DNA of 63,063 bases, the filler included, from Globobulimina sp. (Eukaryota): the NCBI GenBank assembly GCA_003354225.1. It is 35 parts of 35 records of this genome, joined end to end, with 100 filler letters (N's around TTAATTAATTAA, not from the genome) between each part and the next. Parts side by side here need not be neighbours in the genome. Positions count along the whole stretch, not along the records: positions 12,640 to 14,344 come from PIVH01012898.1; positions 14,445 to 16,149 come from PIVH01012899.1; positions 16,250 to 17,954 come from PIVH01012900.1; positions 18,055 to 19,759 come from PIVH01012901.1; positions 19,860 to 21,564 come from PIVH01012902.1; positions 21,665 to 23,369 come from PIVH01012903.1; positions 23,470 to 25,174 come from PIVH01012904.1; positions 25,275 to 26,979 come from PIVH01012905.1; 27 more parts are not named here. One strand, 5' to 3'. The notes under the pieces were generated by a model. The model worked only from the letters and a program-made list of their open reading frames with translations, made no database searches and was not told where the DNA came from. Below are positions 13,217 to 25,762 of this stretch, in pieces; positions within the stretch are counted from its first letter, which is position 1; every line of letters starts with the position of its first letter. The translations under genes were made by a program, and so were the position numbers.

Positions 13217-13247
13217 ATGTAAAAGCAGAAACGTTTTTGATGTGAAA

Positions 13248-14003
13248 CTAATTTGAAGGAAGTTGATAGAAACCGTTGCTGAAACGGAAACAAGGTGGCA
13301 CTTCTGGCTTTTCACGTGCTTCAATACTCATCGCCATCAACCGCTTGAGCACTACTGTCCCCTCTTCATTTTCTTTTTCTTTTTGTTGTTTCATCAAAAA
13401 TATTCTGTCTGTTTTGGTTAAATCCGACCAATCAGTGCTAATTTTTTCAAGCAACTTAAATCTTTGGTATTTCTTATGCATATATAACCCTTTTGAAACT
13501 TGATCAGATGAATATAACCATTTCCCGATCGCATTACACTGGTCACGACGGTGATAATTTAACACAAATATATCAGCTTTATAGGTGTTATGGCAGTATA
13601 ATTTCCCCATATTCAGCGAGTTAAGACAATGTTGGTTGATTGCATTTTGTATATCCATCAGAAATTGCTTGTTTGCTGATGTAATTTGGAAACTAATGTG
13701 TCCTTCATTTAACTTAAAGGTCCAACTTCCATCGCCATTAACAATTCCTCTTATTAATGAAGGTAATATTTGGGGAGCCACAAATTCTGGAAAACACAAA
13801 TCAAATGATTTTCTTGATCTATTACATCCAATCAATTGTGCACAAGTCGTTGACAGGTGTTTTGAATACAATATTAACATACAAGTTGGGTATCTCTTCT
13901 GTGCTGTTTTGTGATATAATGCATCAAAAATAATTGGATGATTACTTTGTGCGATTGGTCTTAATTTCTCCAGCATGGAATAACTGTCATATCTTGATGC
14001 CAT
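13248..14003 (-). CDS. LAGLIDADG endonuclease-like protein (prokaryote/phage double-motif type), first motif apparently missing
   Basis: D..MLEKL...QSNHPI...LYSKHL...RKSFDLCFP...SLIRGIVNGDGSW...ISFQITSANKQFL...WLY...KKY pattern; in-frame stops immediately upstream. Confidence 0.75.
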   Translation of the reverse strand: MASRYDSYSMLEKLRPIAQSNHPIIFDALYHKTAQKRYPTCMLILYSKHLSTTCAQLIGCNRSRKSFDLCFPEFVAPQILPSLIRGIVNGDGSWTFKLNEGHISFQITSANKQFLMDIQNAINQHCLNSLNMGKLYCHNTYKADIFVLNYHRRDQCNAIGKWLYSSDQVSKGLYMHKKYQRFKLLEKISTDWSDLTKTDRIFLMKQQKEKENEEGTVVLKRLMAMSIEAREKPEVPPCFRFSNGFYQLPSN

Positions 14004-14639
14004 CTGATATCCCTATTACTAATTGAACACCATCATATGTCTGGTAATGTGACTACAGTAGTGTTCCCGATAAGAGATACGCATATTAGTACTAATATAT
14101 ATATTATACTGCTAATATATTGAATAAATGGTGGACCTGTCAAGGTATAATATATATTTTTTTTTTTTTGTTTTTTTAATATATTAGCTATTTTCACTAA
14201 TATTTCATCAAAATATATTAGCTATATTTTTAAACTTAACTTGGGCATGATTTTGAAGGGAAAACTGACACCTTCACCTTAGGCTAACTTGGAGCACATT
14301 CCTCTTAGGGTTTGGTTCAAATAAACCTCGACCAACTTTGTCACNNNNNNNNNNNNNNNNNNNNNNNNNNNNNNNNNNNNNNNNNNNNTTAATTAATTAA
14401 NNNNNNNNNNNNNNNNNNNNNNNNNNNNNNNNNNNNNNNNNNNNCCCCTGGTCGATAAGTTGTATACATTTTTTCAATTATCTGAGAAACGGTTTGCAAA
14501 TCCATGCAGAAACTGCTTGTCTTGGATTTATTCTGGGTTTGTTATAACTTTGTCTTGGCTTTGCAAATTGAAGCAAATTGTTGTATTTTTTCCATAGGTT
14601 GTTTTCCATAGATTGAGTTTTCTGGCTTCACTTTACGAT

Positions 14640-15454
14640 ATGGCAGCTAAAACATGTGTTGATCATTTGATTTATGTTTGCCACGATTTAAATAAAGCTA
14701 TCAAACAATTTTCAAATGTATGGTGTTTGTTTTATATGCATATGATACATTTTTGCATTATATAAATCAAAAGATATTGGGTGTTACACCAACAATTGGT
14801 GGGCGTCATTTGAAATGGGGAACATACAATGCATTATTCTCATTAAATAATTCTTATTTTGAAATTGTAGCACCTGATCCATTGAGTAATATACGCCCAA
14901 CAAAATTTTTATGTGATACCAAAAATGAAGGATTAATCACTTTTGTTGCTCATATTCCAGGCAAATATTCGTCAATGAAAGAATTTAAAGAATATATGTT
15001 ATCGAATGATGCGCAGTATGATATTGGAGATATTATTGAAGGCGAAAGAATAGTGGAAAATGATGAAACTAAAATATTGCGCTGGACATTGGGTTGGCCA
15101 AATCAGAATAATTTATTGTTTGAACAGGCAAATGGTATATTACCGGTAATGATTGATTGGAGCAAATGTGATAACTCATTGCATCCAACAAATACAACAC
15201 CGGTTGGATGTGAATTATTGGAGTTAAATTGTTATTATTCGAATAAAAACGAGAATGAATATAAAGAGTTACATAATATATTTTATGAGCAATTAAATAT
15301 GGAAAGTAAATTTAATTTAAGATCATCAAATAATGCATTTGAAGTTGGAATGGAATGTAGGGTATCATGCCCAAATGGTAGTGTCCGAATTGAAACAGTT
15401 AGGGATATCAGAAACGATAATGTTGTTGTAAATGACATGACATTCGTGCTTTGA
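14640..15454 (+). CDS. Glyoxalase-like (VOC, Glyoxalase_3-type) protein, one intron
   Basis: MAAKTCVDHLIYVCHDL...LGVTPTIGGRHLKWGTYNAL...YFEIVAPDP...LPVMIDW; intron 14718-14773 (GT..AAG). Confidence 0.88.
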
Positions 15455-15494
15455 GTTTTTTGTAGTAATCACCGGTTGCCTCTCGTCGCGCTCC

Positions 15495-16113
15495 TATGAA
15501 TGCGACAAAAAACGGGTTTCAACTACTTTAGCATATTGAATCCATACAGTAAGAAACTGCTTTGATTGAGTCGTCTGAAATTGTTTCAAGTGTTGACATT
15601 CTAAAAACACACAACAATTGCACTCTAACTTAAAAATCATCGCAAATCTGCAAACAAAATAAAAACAAATCAAAAATGTTCAATCTAATACCATTAATAG
15701 TTATCCTTTTATCATCTCCGAATCCTGTATTGGCTGCAACCTATGGTATTTATTAACAAATTAATTTTATTTACGTCTCTGTCGTCTCAAAACAAATCAA
15801 TTCACACAAACAATCCACTCACAGCCGACGCAGCATGCACCGGTGGCATATGTGCCATTTTACGAGACCAACCTACCATCCAATGTATCGCAGATCCAGT
15901 CGGCGACACTGACCCATCCGACACTGGGCCATACGTAGTGACTCCCGCTGTCTCCTCATTATCCGAACCCGTGTTCGTATCCGTTGCCGTAAATCCAAGC
16001 ATAAACGCACCTAAATAAAGTGATAACGCATCGCCAAGCACCCCCACATCTAGCGTAGGCTGCTTGATACAAACCTTAACATACTGGGTAAAAAAACACA
16101 CCATATCTGTCAC
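15495..16113 (-). CDS. Spliced 3' end of an unidentified gene
   Basis: GC-richer exon followed by gtgagt..tag and gtatt..tag introns leading to a TAG near 15495. Confidence 0.45.
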
Positions 16114-16403
16114 ATAATTCTTATCTTCCCTTCAAAAGGGCCCTGTTTANNNNNNNNNNNNNNNNNNNNNNNNNNNNNNNNNNNNNNNNNNNNTTAATTA
16201 ATTAANNNNNNNNNNNNNNNNNNNNNNNNNNNNNNNNNNNNNNNNNNNNCACAATTAAAGCGTGAATTACCTAAAAAAAGAGGTTTTTGAAGTAGGTTTT
16301 GAAGTAGGTTTTGATTTTTAGTTTTGGTTTGCAGCTACTTTGTGTTTTGGTTTTTCGGTTTTGATACCTGAGTTTGTAAATTTATGTTTTTCAAAATGAA
16401 CAG

Positions 16404-17790
16404 GGGCTAAAATATTTGGTGCAATATGGATTATTGGAGAATAAGCCAGAATCGGTGGTAGAATTTTTACGCCACACACCATCATTGGATAAAACCGCAG
16501 TGGGCGAATATATCGGCGGAGATAAAAAGTTCCAGATCGAAGTGATGCATTTGTATATAGATTCGTGTTCCTTTGCGAGAATGTCCTTTGTCGACGCACT
16601 GCGATATTTGTGCGCTTCCTTTATGCTCCCCGGCGAAGCACAGAAAATTGATCGAATCATCGAACGATTTGCAGCCAGATATTGTCAAGAAAATACGAAT
16701 GAATTCTCCTCTGGCGATGTGGCATATATTTTAGCATATTCTGTGATAATTTTACATTCAAATATATACAACGACAACGTGAAAAAGAAAATGACCCGAT
16801 CTGAATTTATAAAAACGTGTAAATCCGCCACCGATCAAGTATCCGATCCAAAATTATCTGAAATTTACGACAATATCTGTTGGAAAGAGATGAAATTAAA
16901 AAAGACCGCGCATTATTTCAAAAACGATAGCAATGCCTCAGATGTATCCCCCTCTAAAAAAATGATGAAATTACACAAAGAGTCGCGTGAAATGATTCGC
17001 GATATCAAGAAAAAAATCCGCGACGAAGTAAAGCTGCAAAATCAGAATGCGGGACTAAATGCGCGCAAATACGTGGACCCAAACGATGCCGATGGCAATG
17101 ATAAGATATGTAAATTGATATTTAGTGCCTCCTGCTATGCGGTATTGGCCACTTTCAGTGTGGTCATCGAGACGTCCTCCTCCAGAACGCATATCAGCGA
17201 ATGTTATCGTGGCTACCGAGCCTGCATTAAATTAGCCGCTCATTTAAGTATGGAAACGGAATGTGAGGCGTTTGTAAACTCACTGTACAGATTCACGTTA
17301 TTAGGCACGTTAAAACCAATCCGTATGAAGAATATCGAAGCGATGAAATTATTGTTAGAATTGGGCAACAACGAAGGCAATTTATTGCGCTCCTCATGGA
17401 AAGCAGTGATAAAATGTTGCTCGGAAATCGATATTTTGCATTTAATGGCGACGCAGGCTCCCGCAGACGGCGCATTTTGGTTAGATTTACGCGATCGAAA
17501 ATCGATACTGACCAATACAACGGACAACGAACAAAAGGAGCAAGACAATTATATGGCGAGTGTGACTAAGACGGGTACTGCGAATCATGAATCTCGCAAA
17601 TTAGGCGCACGCACTAAGGTCGGCTCTGATGGTATTTTGCGCTTTCAATCCAATCCAAATGCACAGTTAATCTCTGCCCATATTGATCAGAATATGGTGG
17701 CAAAGGTATTCACCGGCACTGAGAAGTTAGGGCCGCAAGCCATATTACAGTTTGTTACTTATCTATGCTCTGCGAGCTCAGACGAGATCT
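16404..17790 (+). CDS. Sec7-domain ARF guanine nucleotide exchange factor (BIG/GBF family), fragment
   Basis: LDKTAVGEYIG, FMLPGEAQKIDRIIERFAARY, YILAYSVIILHS, then an HDS1-like region (KNIEAMKLLL...GNLLRSSWK). Confidence 0.95.
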
Positions 17791-17954
17791 ACAGCCTGCG
17801 GCAACATCAGTGAAGTCGCCCCCGTCAGGAAGGGTTAATTGACCTGAATCATTGTCCCCGCAGCCATAGAGATATCCACTTGGCGGGGTAGGCGTAGGGG
17901 TCGGGCTATACCACGTTCCGGTGGGAGTCATTGTCGATGTGGGTGTGGCCGTCG
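17791..17954 (-). CDS. Fragment of a bacterial-like Thr/Pro-linker plus RCC1-repeat protein (probable chimeric join)
   Basis: Minus frame TATPTSTMTPTGTWYSPTPTPTPPSGYLYGCGDNDSGQLTLPDGGDFTDVAAG; visibly GC-richer than the Sec7 part. Confidence 0.55.
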
Positions 17955-18072
17955 NNNNNNNNNNNNNNNNNNNNNNNNNNNNNNNNNNNNNNNNNNNNTT
18001 AATTAATTAANNNNNNNNNNNNNNNNNNNNNNNNNNNNNNNNNNNNNNNNNNNNTCTACCCCACCAGCTCTA

Positions 18073-19759
18073 TCAACTGTCCAAACCCAAAGAAGAAGAG
18101 GACCCGTCGTAAGACGAGACCTCTTTCAATGCTTGTTCATACAATGATTTTGCATTAAATTTTTCTCGCACTGCTTCATCAATAATCCAAATACACTCTG
18201 TTTCTAAATTCCTGAAAACAGTCGCTAGTGCCATGCAAAACAAATCGTTTTGTAATAACAGCAATGATTTTGTTCGTTTTTTATGTTCTCTCTGTTTATT
18301 ATTATTACCTTGCATATTATTATATGATTTTTCTATTTTAGGTTTAATGACTTTAACCGATTGTTGTTTTAACGCAATATCATTATTAATCTCTTTATGT
18401 TTAACTACAATCATCGACGTCCACGGTGTCACAAATTTATATTTCATAGCCAGCGATAACGGCAATGACTGTTCATTTTTCTTTTCTTCATCATCCATTT
18501 CAATCATATCATTATGAATTAACATATTTTTTGCAAATTGCTGCAATTTTAAATATGCCCAAATCCGTTCAATATTATTATTATTTGCTTCCATATTGAT
18601 ATCAATATTAATTTCTTTTGTTATTTTCACTGCTTTTGTGACTATTTTATGATTTTCTTTTATATTTTTAGCAGCAACGGCACATATTTTCGCATTTAAT
18701 TGTTTTAAATTTCCATTCTTAATTTTACCGCAAACAATTAAATCATTTCCTAAATATAATGCATCCCATTTTGTCGCAGTAACATCTGTGATATGTTTAT
18801 AATTTTCATATTCAATGCATATATTTGATAAAACCGGTTTTGATAAAATTGTAAAATATTCAGTCAATAATAGATCTGCGGATTTCTGTTTAATCCGCCT
18901 ATAAAAACCATTGTTATTCACAGCTAATATTTTCAAAAACGAATGATTTAAATCCTTGATCCACGAAGAATCGTTCCCGTCGTTGCCAACACCAAATGAA
19001 AAGATACCTATTTTCGCCTCATTATTGCTCGCACTTTGCACATTTTTTACGATTTGTTTCGTATCACAAACACCTGCATTTGGCTCACCATCGGTGATTA
19101 AAAGTATTTGATTTAAAAAAAATCTACAATTTGCAAGTGTTTTTGTCAAATTTATATCATTTTTAATCAAATTAATGGCAGTGATTAAAGCCATATTAAT
19201 ATCGGTGCTTCCATGTGGCTGTTCAGTTTGGAGTGCTTCAATTGAATCAGATATATTTTTAATATCTGATAAAATGCAATGCTCTCCGATGTGAGGCAAG
19301 CATTGTACATAAGTGTCAAATAAAAGAATGCGATATCTATCATATCCACATCGTAACTGTCTTAATGCCATACACGTTGAAGATATTGTTTTTTGCCATT
19401 TACTGCCTCGCATACTGCCACTTCTATCGATTACAAATATAACACGGCGCGGAATTAATACATTTGTGCTTATTTCATCATTATGACCTTCGTTACAATC
19501 TGTTTCAGAAACGATTGAATTTGAAATAAAATCCGAAATAATGTGACAAAATGTATTAGTTTTTTCGTCGTATAATATATGAGATTCATTGCGTTCACCT
19601 TTAATTTTATATTTTAATATTAATTCATTTAACGATGATTCTTTAGTGACTTTGCCATTGATGGTACAACGATTTTCATTTATTTTATGCATTATTTTGT
19701 CAGATTTATCAACATTTACAATATCAATGTCATAAATACCGCTTTCATCGTTTATATCG
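18073..19759 (-). CDS. ITIH/VIT-type von Willebrand factor A domain protein, 5' partial
   Basis: VIFVIDRSGSM (MIDAS), GSTDI, LITDGEPN, IERIWAYL, YKFVTPWTSMIVV. Confidence 0.9.
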
Positions 19760-19859
19760 NNNNNNNNNNNNNNNNNNNNNNNNNNNNNNNNNNNNNNNNN
19801 NNNTTAATTAATTAANNNNNNNNNNNNNNNNNNNNNNNNNNNNNNNNNNNNNNNNNNNN

Positions 19860-21384
19860 GAGAGCAAATCCCATATTTATTTGGTAGTTGACACAACCAG
19901 TTCAATTGTTTGAGATATCGAGTCATTAAATATAGTATTGTACGAAATATTTACAATGATTAACATATTATTTGCTGGCAAAACAGCACTTCATTGTATA
20001 CAATACAAAGACTATTCAGATGCAACAGTCATTTCGCAATGCCACGACAATAACAAAATGAAACAATGGGTCAGAGATACCCTCACTGCGTCAGGTGGCG
20101 GTGATTACCCGGAAGCCGCTAAAACTGCATTAAATGTATTATACGAATATATAATCAATGAAAATGGCACAGACAATGCCATGGACAATGCAATTTGTTT
20201 AGTTTACACAGACGCATCACCCCATCATCCAAAAATGGGCTCAAACCAAAATCTCAATCGAGAGAGAGAAGCATTGCAAAACAAGAAACCTGGATTTGAT
20301 TGGCTTGCTATATGCGCTGCGTTTAAAAAAATGAATTTGCCGTTTTATACGTTCGTAGATGTGGATGAAGTGGATAACGATACAAAATCATTTTGGAAAC
20401 TGTTAGGACATGTAATTGAAATGCCCGACGACTCCGTAGATACAATTAATAGAGCCACTATTGGTGTCTTTAACGTATGTTTTCTCGGATTATATTTATA
20501 TTGCACTGAGTCTGTGTATTGTGTACATACAAATGTATAGCCATTGAAAATAAAATAAACAGCAAATTATTGGTGCTAATGAACACGCAAAATTTAAATA
20601 CGCGGACAATTTCAAATTGTTACAATATATGGATAATGCATTGGATATTTTAGCCAACGATTATAATAAATTGAAGGTATTAAACGAATTAAGCTCTAAA
20701 GGCTTAGTTCCAGGCGATATTAAATTAGCTGATTGGGTGAAAGTTGACTTTGCTGATTTGCCAACATTAGTATTTTTAGCAGATAATTTAAAGAATTTGC
20801 CAATGAAATTATTGTATGATAAGGAGTTTTTAGACACTGTGTTTAGTGAATTTACTAATATTATGACCAGAGAAAATGTGGATAGTTTTTCATATAATTC
20901 TGTATTTTCGACCATGTGGCGATATTTATGTCGATTTAAAGACGATCCACGATTAAAAGCACTAAAAGCGAAATTATTTGTGCTGGTCAATACATTGAAT
21001 GGCAGAAATAAGGATGTTATGAATGAATGGATACTGGAATCCGAACGTCAGTTAAAATTAGAAATTGAGCGCACAGAAAGAGAGGTTGCGAAGGCGAAGG
21101 ATATCGGTAAAGCTATGGGTGAGTTAAAGAAAAGTATTAAACGCATTCTTAGGCAATTAACCAACGATAAAAATATGATTGTTAACAATGTGAAAGTGGT
21201 GAATGAAATACATGAAATTGAAGAGGAAGCAAAGAGGGCACTTAATAGAATTAAGGAGATGACTTCTGCCAAAAACCCAACAGTGGACATACCAGATGAA
21301 AAAGATCCAAATATCATTAGAGCTGAGAACAAACCACGTGGGGAAGCCTGGAAAAATAAGAAACTCAAGAAATGGAAAACTGAG
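19860..21384 (+). CDS. vWA-domain protein with coiled coil, spliced; in-frame TGA at 19911 (possible pseudogene)
   Basis: LVVDTTSS, QYKDY, ASGGGDYPEAAKTAL, YTDASPH; intron 20475-20562. Confidence 0.75.
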
Positions 21385-21738
21385 GTATATATACAGTGTG
21401 TAACTAATACAAAAATAGGTTCGCCATTTGCACTTTGCGCCCGCCTAATATACAAAAGTATAATTTGTAGTTTGTACCACTTTTTGCCACATATCAAACT
21501 ATTCCGAGCCACGATATATATTTGCGCTGTTACGCAATGTTTCTGTGCATACAATTATATATATNNNNNNNNNNNNNNNNNNNNNNNNNNNNNNNNNNNN
21601 NNNNNNNNTTAATTAATTAANNNNNNNNNNNNNNNNNNNNNNNNNNNNNNNNNNNNNNNNNNNNATGATTTCAGCATATCTTACAATAATACATTATATG
21701 TTGAAGAAAGTTTAAATAATCCACAAAATCCAAAAGCA

Positions 21739-23369
21739 ATGATAACAAACAATACATCCAAATCTAATGAATATCACATTTCGTTGAATAAATTGAATCA
21801 AACCTTAATTATGATACCATCCAATATAACAATCACTGGAACAAATTTCAATTCCATTACCAATTTATCAGCGATGTGTTATTTACAAGATACAATTAAT
21901 AATTATCCGGCCGTTATTATTATTGCTGACTTAGTCATATTAAACCAACACATGGCATATTGTATCATCACATATGCAAATCTTGGAACATTTGAAATTG
22001 GAGTTATATTGAATCAAAATATTAAATTGGAAACATTCGGCATTATAACCATTGTCCAATCAGTTATTTACTCATTATTTGTAAATCAAAATTTATTATA
22101 TATTTATGGGGAACATTTTGCAGCAACAACACATTGTATGTTTGATGAAATAAATTCAACGTTTTCTCGAATCATTGATTCAATCACAATGGTCTGCCAA
22201 GCTCCAAATACTTCTAATGACACAACATATTATTTGTCGTTGATAGATTCATGTTTAGCAAATAAAATACAAATCGTTTCTGATATGGTTGCACCAACAC
22301 AATCTTTGCAGTATTTATCAATTTCTGATGTATCATTTGCTAATATACTAATAATGACAGGTACTTTTAATATAAATTCAATTGCAACCAATTCATTATT
22401 TTGTAATTGGAAATCGATAGCAACGTTAACAACATCATCAATTATATCCTCATCAACTGCAAGATATGAATCAAACAATAATATAACATGTGATATGGAT
22501 ATACCATCAAAGAATAATTATTATTTTTGGTTAACTTCTAAACATAATGTGTCATTCATTAAAAGTAATGTTGTTGTTTTATCTCCACATGTTTTTAATA
22601 TTTTATCTGTTCAACCGCAACGAATTGAAGCTGGCTTAGATGTAATGTTTACTGTTATGGCCATGGATACCTCTTTCGGATCTTCATTACCTGCCAATTG
22701 TTCGTTTAATGGAACCAAAACATCACTCACATGGATAAACTCAACATTTATGCAATGCGAGACACCATATAATACCAACGGTGATGGCATTATTTCTGTT
22801 GAAGTATGTGATGAAGATAATATCTGCTCAATCTCTGGAATATCATTATATTTATTATCGAAACCTATTATAACATCAATCAACAACAACAATAATATTA
22901 TCTCAAACTCATATCTTATGATTGAAGGAGATAATTTTATTAATAATCATCACTTGTATTGCTCATTTAATTCAAATCAATATGTTATGGCTACATTTTA
23001 TGATTCAAAGCATGTTCAATGCAGATATCCAGGTTTAATGAGTACCACTTACAATGAGCATATTTCTATATCCGTATCAAATATTGATCAACAATTTGAA
23101 TCGTTTTACAATGTCACCAATTTGTTACATCCACAAATAAAAAATATTATGCCAGGACCTAAGAATAATAATATTACAATTTATGGAGACAATTTTGACA
23201 TAAATACTCAATATTTTGCGGTCATCACTTCCGAGTTTGTAGAGTTTGTAGTTGAATGTTTAAACATTAATAATACAGTGATTCATTGCATTGATATTCC
23301 ACATATGATTGCTTCAAAGTACTTAATATCTTTACAACAAACAGATACAATAATTATCGATAATATATT
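21739..23369 (+). CDS. IPT/TIG-repeat large surface protein, fragment
   Basis: Repeated ITITGTNF / IEGDNF...CSF...CxxP units. Confidence 0.8.
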
Positions 23370-23469
23370 NNNNNNNNNNNNNNNNNNNNNNNNNNNNNNN
23401 NNNNNNNNNNNNNTTAATTAATTAANNNNNNNNNNNNNNNNNNNNNNNNNNNNNNNNNNNNNNNNNNNN

Positions 23470-24479
23470 AGAATTTTCGATAATGTCTATATCGTTTTGC
23501 TTGCAGACAGTCACGAGCTTTGCCATCCATTTTTTAAACGAAGATATGTGCAAATTGGTCCCAGCAAACATTAATTCTACAAAGGAGCCGATATCGCATT
23601 GTGGCTTTGATTGCGTTTCATATTTGGCAATGTTTGCGGCGTATTTATCGCGTGCAGCTTGTTGCTGTTGTTTGAACTCAGCGGTATAGAATGAATTGAA
23701 TAGATTCTCGATTAAAACGATATTATTCAAAAACGTATTTATCTCAGAGATATTCATGATTTCTTGCATTAATTCCTTCTCTGTTTCTAATGCTTTATCC
23801 TTAGCAGCACGTAGCAAGTCTGCAGAGCCAGAATTGTCGATAAATTCATCCACATTCGTTTCCTGTGCATTCCTTGTTTATTTTTTTATTTTCAACAGTA
23901 TGATTTCATTGATTTGTGAGGAGCAGTACAGACATACATGAATAGCATGTGATTGTCGATGATTTGTAATAATTCACCCAAGGCACCAAAATTAGAAAAG
24001 CCTTGGCTGTTATTGGTGTTTGAATGCCTTTTTGTTTGCAATTGTTTCTGTTTTGTTGTTTTTTTGATATTGGATGATCTGTTTTGTGTGGCTGAGGAGA
24101 AACATTTTGAACAGAGGTCCCAATTACAAATGCGACAGCCATGTAAGGTGGAACCGCGGTCGAATGTATCCTCACAGATATCACAACCATAGCCATCATC
24201 CGGGGATTTGTATTTTTTTAATTGATGACCCTGTGCGCAATTACCTTCTGCGCGGTTGGTATAACAAACACTGCATAAATCATAGCAACATTTATTGCAA
24301 TGATAGGAACCAGTCTGGTCATAGCTTTCCGTACAGTGATTACATGAAAAGCCTTCTAAATAATCTTGATTACTGTTGATTAAACTATTGGGTGATGTAT
24401 ATTTTAGTTTGTGCCCTTTTGCACACTTTACGATACATTTAATGTCACTCATCGTTGGTTGTAATGAGTTTAATCCCAC
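23470..24479 (-). CDS. Cys-rich zinc-finger (ZZ/DC1-like) repeat protein, spliced, 3' partial
   Basis: Two C..GH.L...GY/FxCxxC...CxxCxYDLCxxC units; second exon in ORF 23422..23853. Confidence 0.7.
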
Positions 24480-25548
24480 ATAAAGAAAGGATGGTATTCT
24501 TTGAGTGCAAGACAGAGTGCAAGGACAAAATCGTTGCTATGCTTTAGTTAACAATTTCATTTCACTTATTTGATGCATAGTGTATTGCATACATTGATAC
24601 ACATAAGTCATCATATTATAAAAAGGTGTAGAACAATAAACAGATTTACCAACGATTATATTTATACTTTTTGTTGTGTGATGCATAGGTTTTGTGCATT
24701 TTCACCACCTTCATTTTTTTATAAGTCTTATAAGTCTGTAGTTTCTGTGCTTTATCACATTCACTCCAATCATCCACGCAATTTATTTCGAATTCTTTAA
24801 AACCAATTTTATCGTTGATCGGACACTGATATCCGTCTTCTTGAATTAAAATTAATGTGTTTGATAATCCGGTAATGGAGAATGTAACAAATAACATTGA
24901 CCTTTGATTCTGAAGATAATATGATGTAAAGATATATATCGAGGACATCCCAATAAAACGGCTGTTTGATTCAGAGACTCCGTCCATAAATATGGCCATT
25001 TGGACCAATGATGTTCATGATAATGAACTGGCAAAGGCATAAAAGATATCGATGTCCAAAAAATATGTATCACCTCAACCTCGATTCCAATCCATAGATA
25101 TTCACGGCCTGCAAACGAATTTGTTGTTATGTTTAATTCTTCAAATGTTGTGATTGATTGACAAGATTGTTTATNNNNNNNNNNNNNNNNNNNNNNNNNN
25201 NNNNNNNNNNNNNNNNNNTTAATTAATTAANNNNNNNNNNNNNNNNNNNNNNNNNNNNNNNNNNNNNNNNNNNNTGTATGGTGATGTCATAATAATATGT
25301 ATAAATAACATTGTTTGCAGGTATGTTGTTTACTTCGAGTAGAAATCCATATTTTGCTGCTCCTTCTTCATACTCTGTATACAATAAAAAATCACGATTT
25401 GTGTAGTTGGTTTATGTTTTTGTTGTATATGTTTGTATACTTTGTAATTTTATATAAAAAAACACATATATATATATTCCACAAAATATCAAACAAAAAA
25501 TTATAACATGGAATTTATGATGCTGTAGTATCACTATTATGGAATTTC

Positions 25549-25590
25549 CTTCAACTAACTTCAACTAACTTCAACTAACATACTAACTTG
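25549..25590 (+). repeat. Tandem TTCAACTAAC decamer, about 3.5 copies
   Basis: tcaactaact tcaactaact tcaactaaca tactaact. Confidence 0.8.
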
Positions 25591-25762
25591 CTGCATATTG
25601 AAAGTTGCAACAGTCTTCGTAGGTTACCAAGTCATTAGACGTGAATTGAATCGATAGCGATTCATCACGGCATAGAGTCTCGATAATTCAACGAGTGGCA
25701 GTGCACCTGTATAGACACAAGTAAATTAATAGAATACACCAAGACAAATCATATTTGGTAGT

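Noticed and set aside
12640-13245. ORFs 12592..12897 and 13012..13245 as proteins
   Set aside because: No recognisable motifs; they overlap the SRP RNA or its upstream region.
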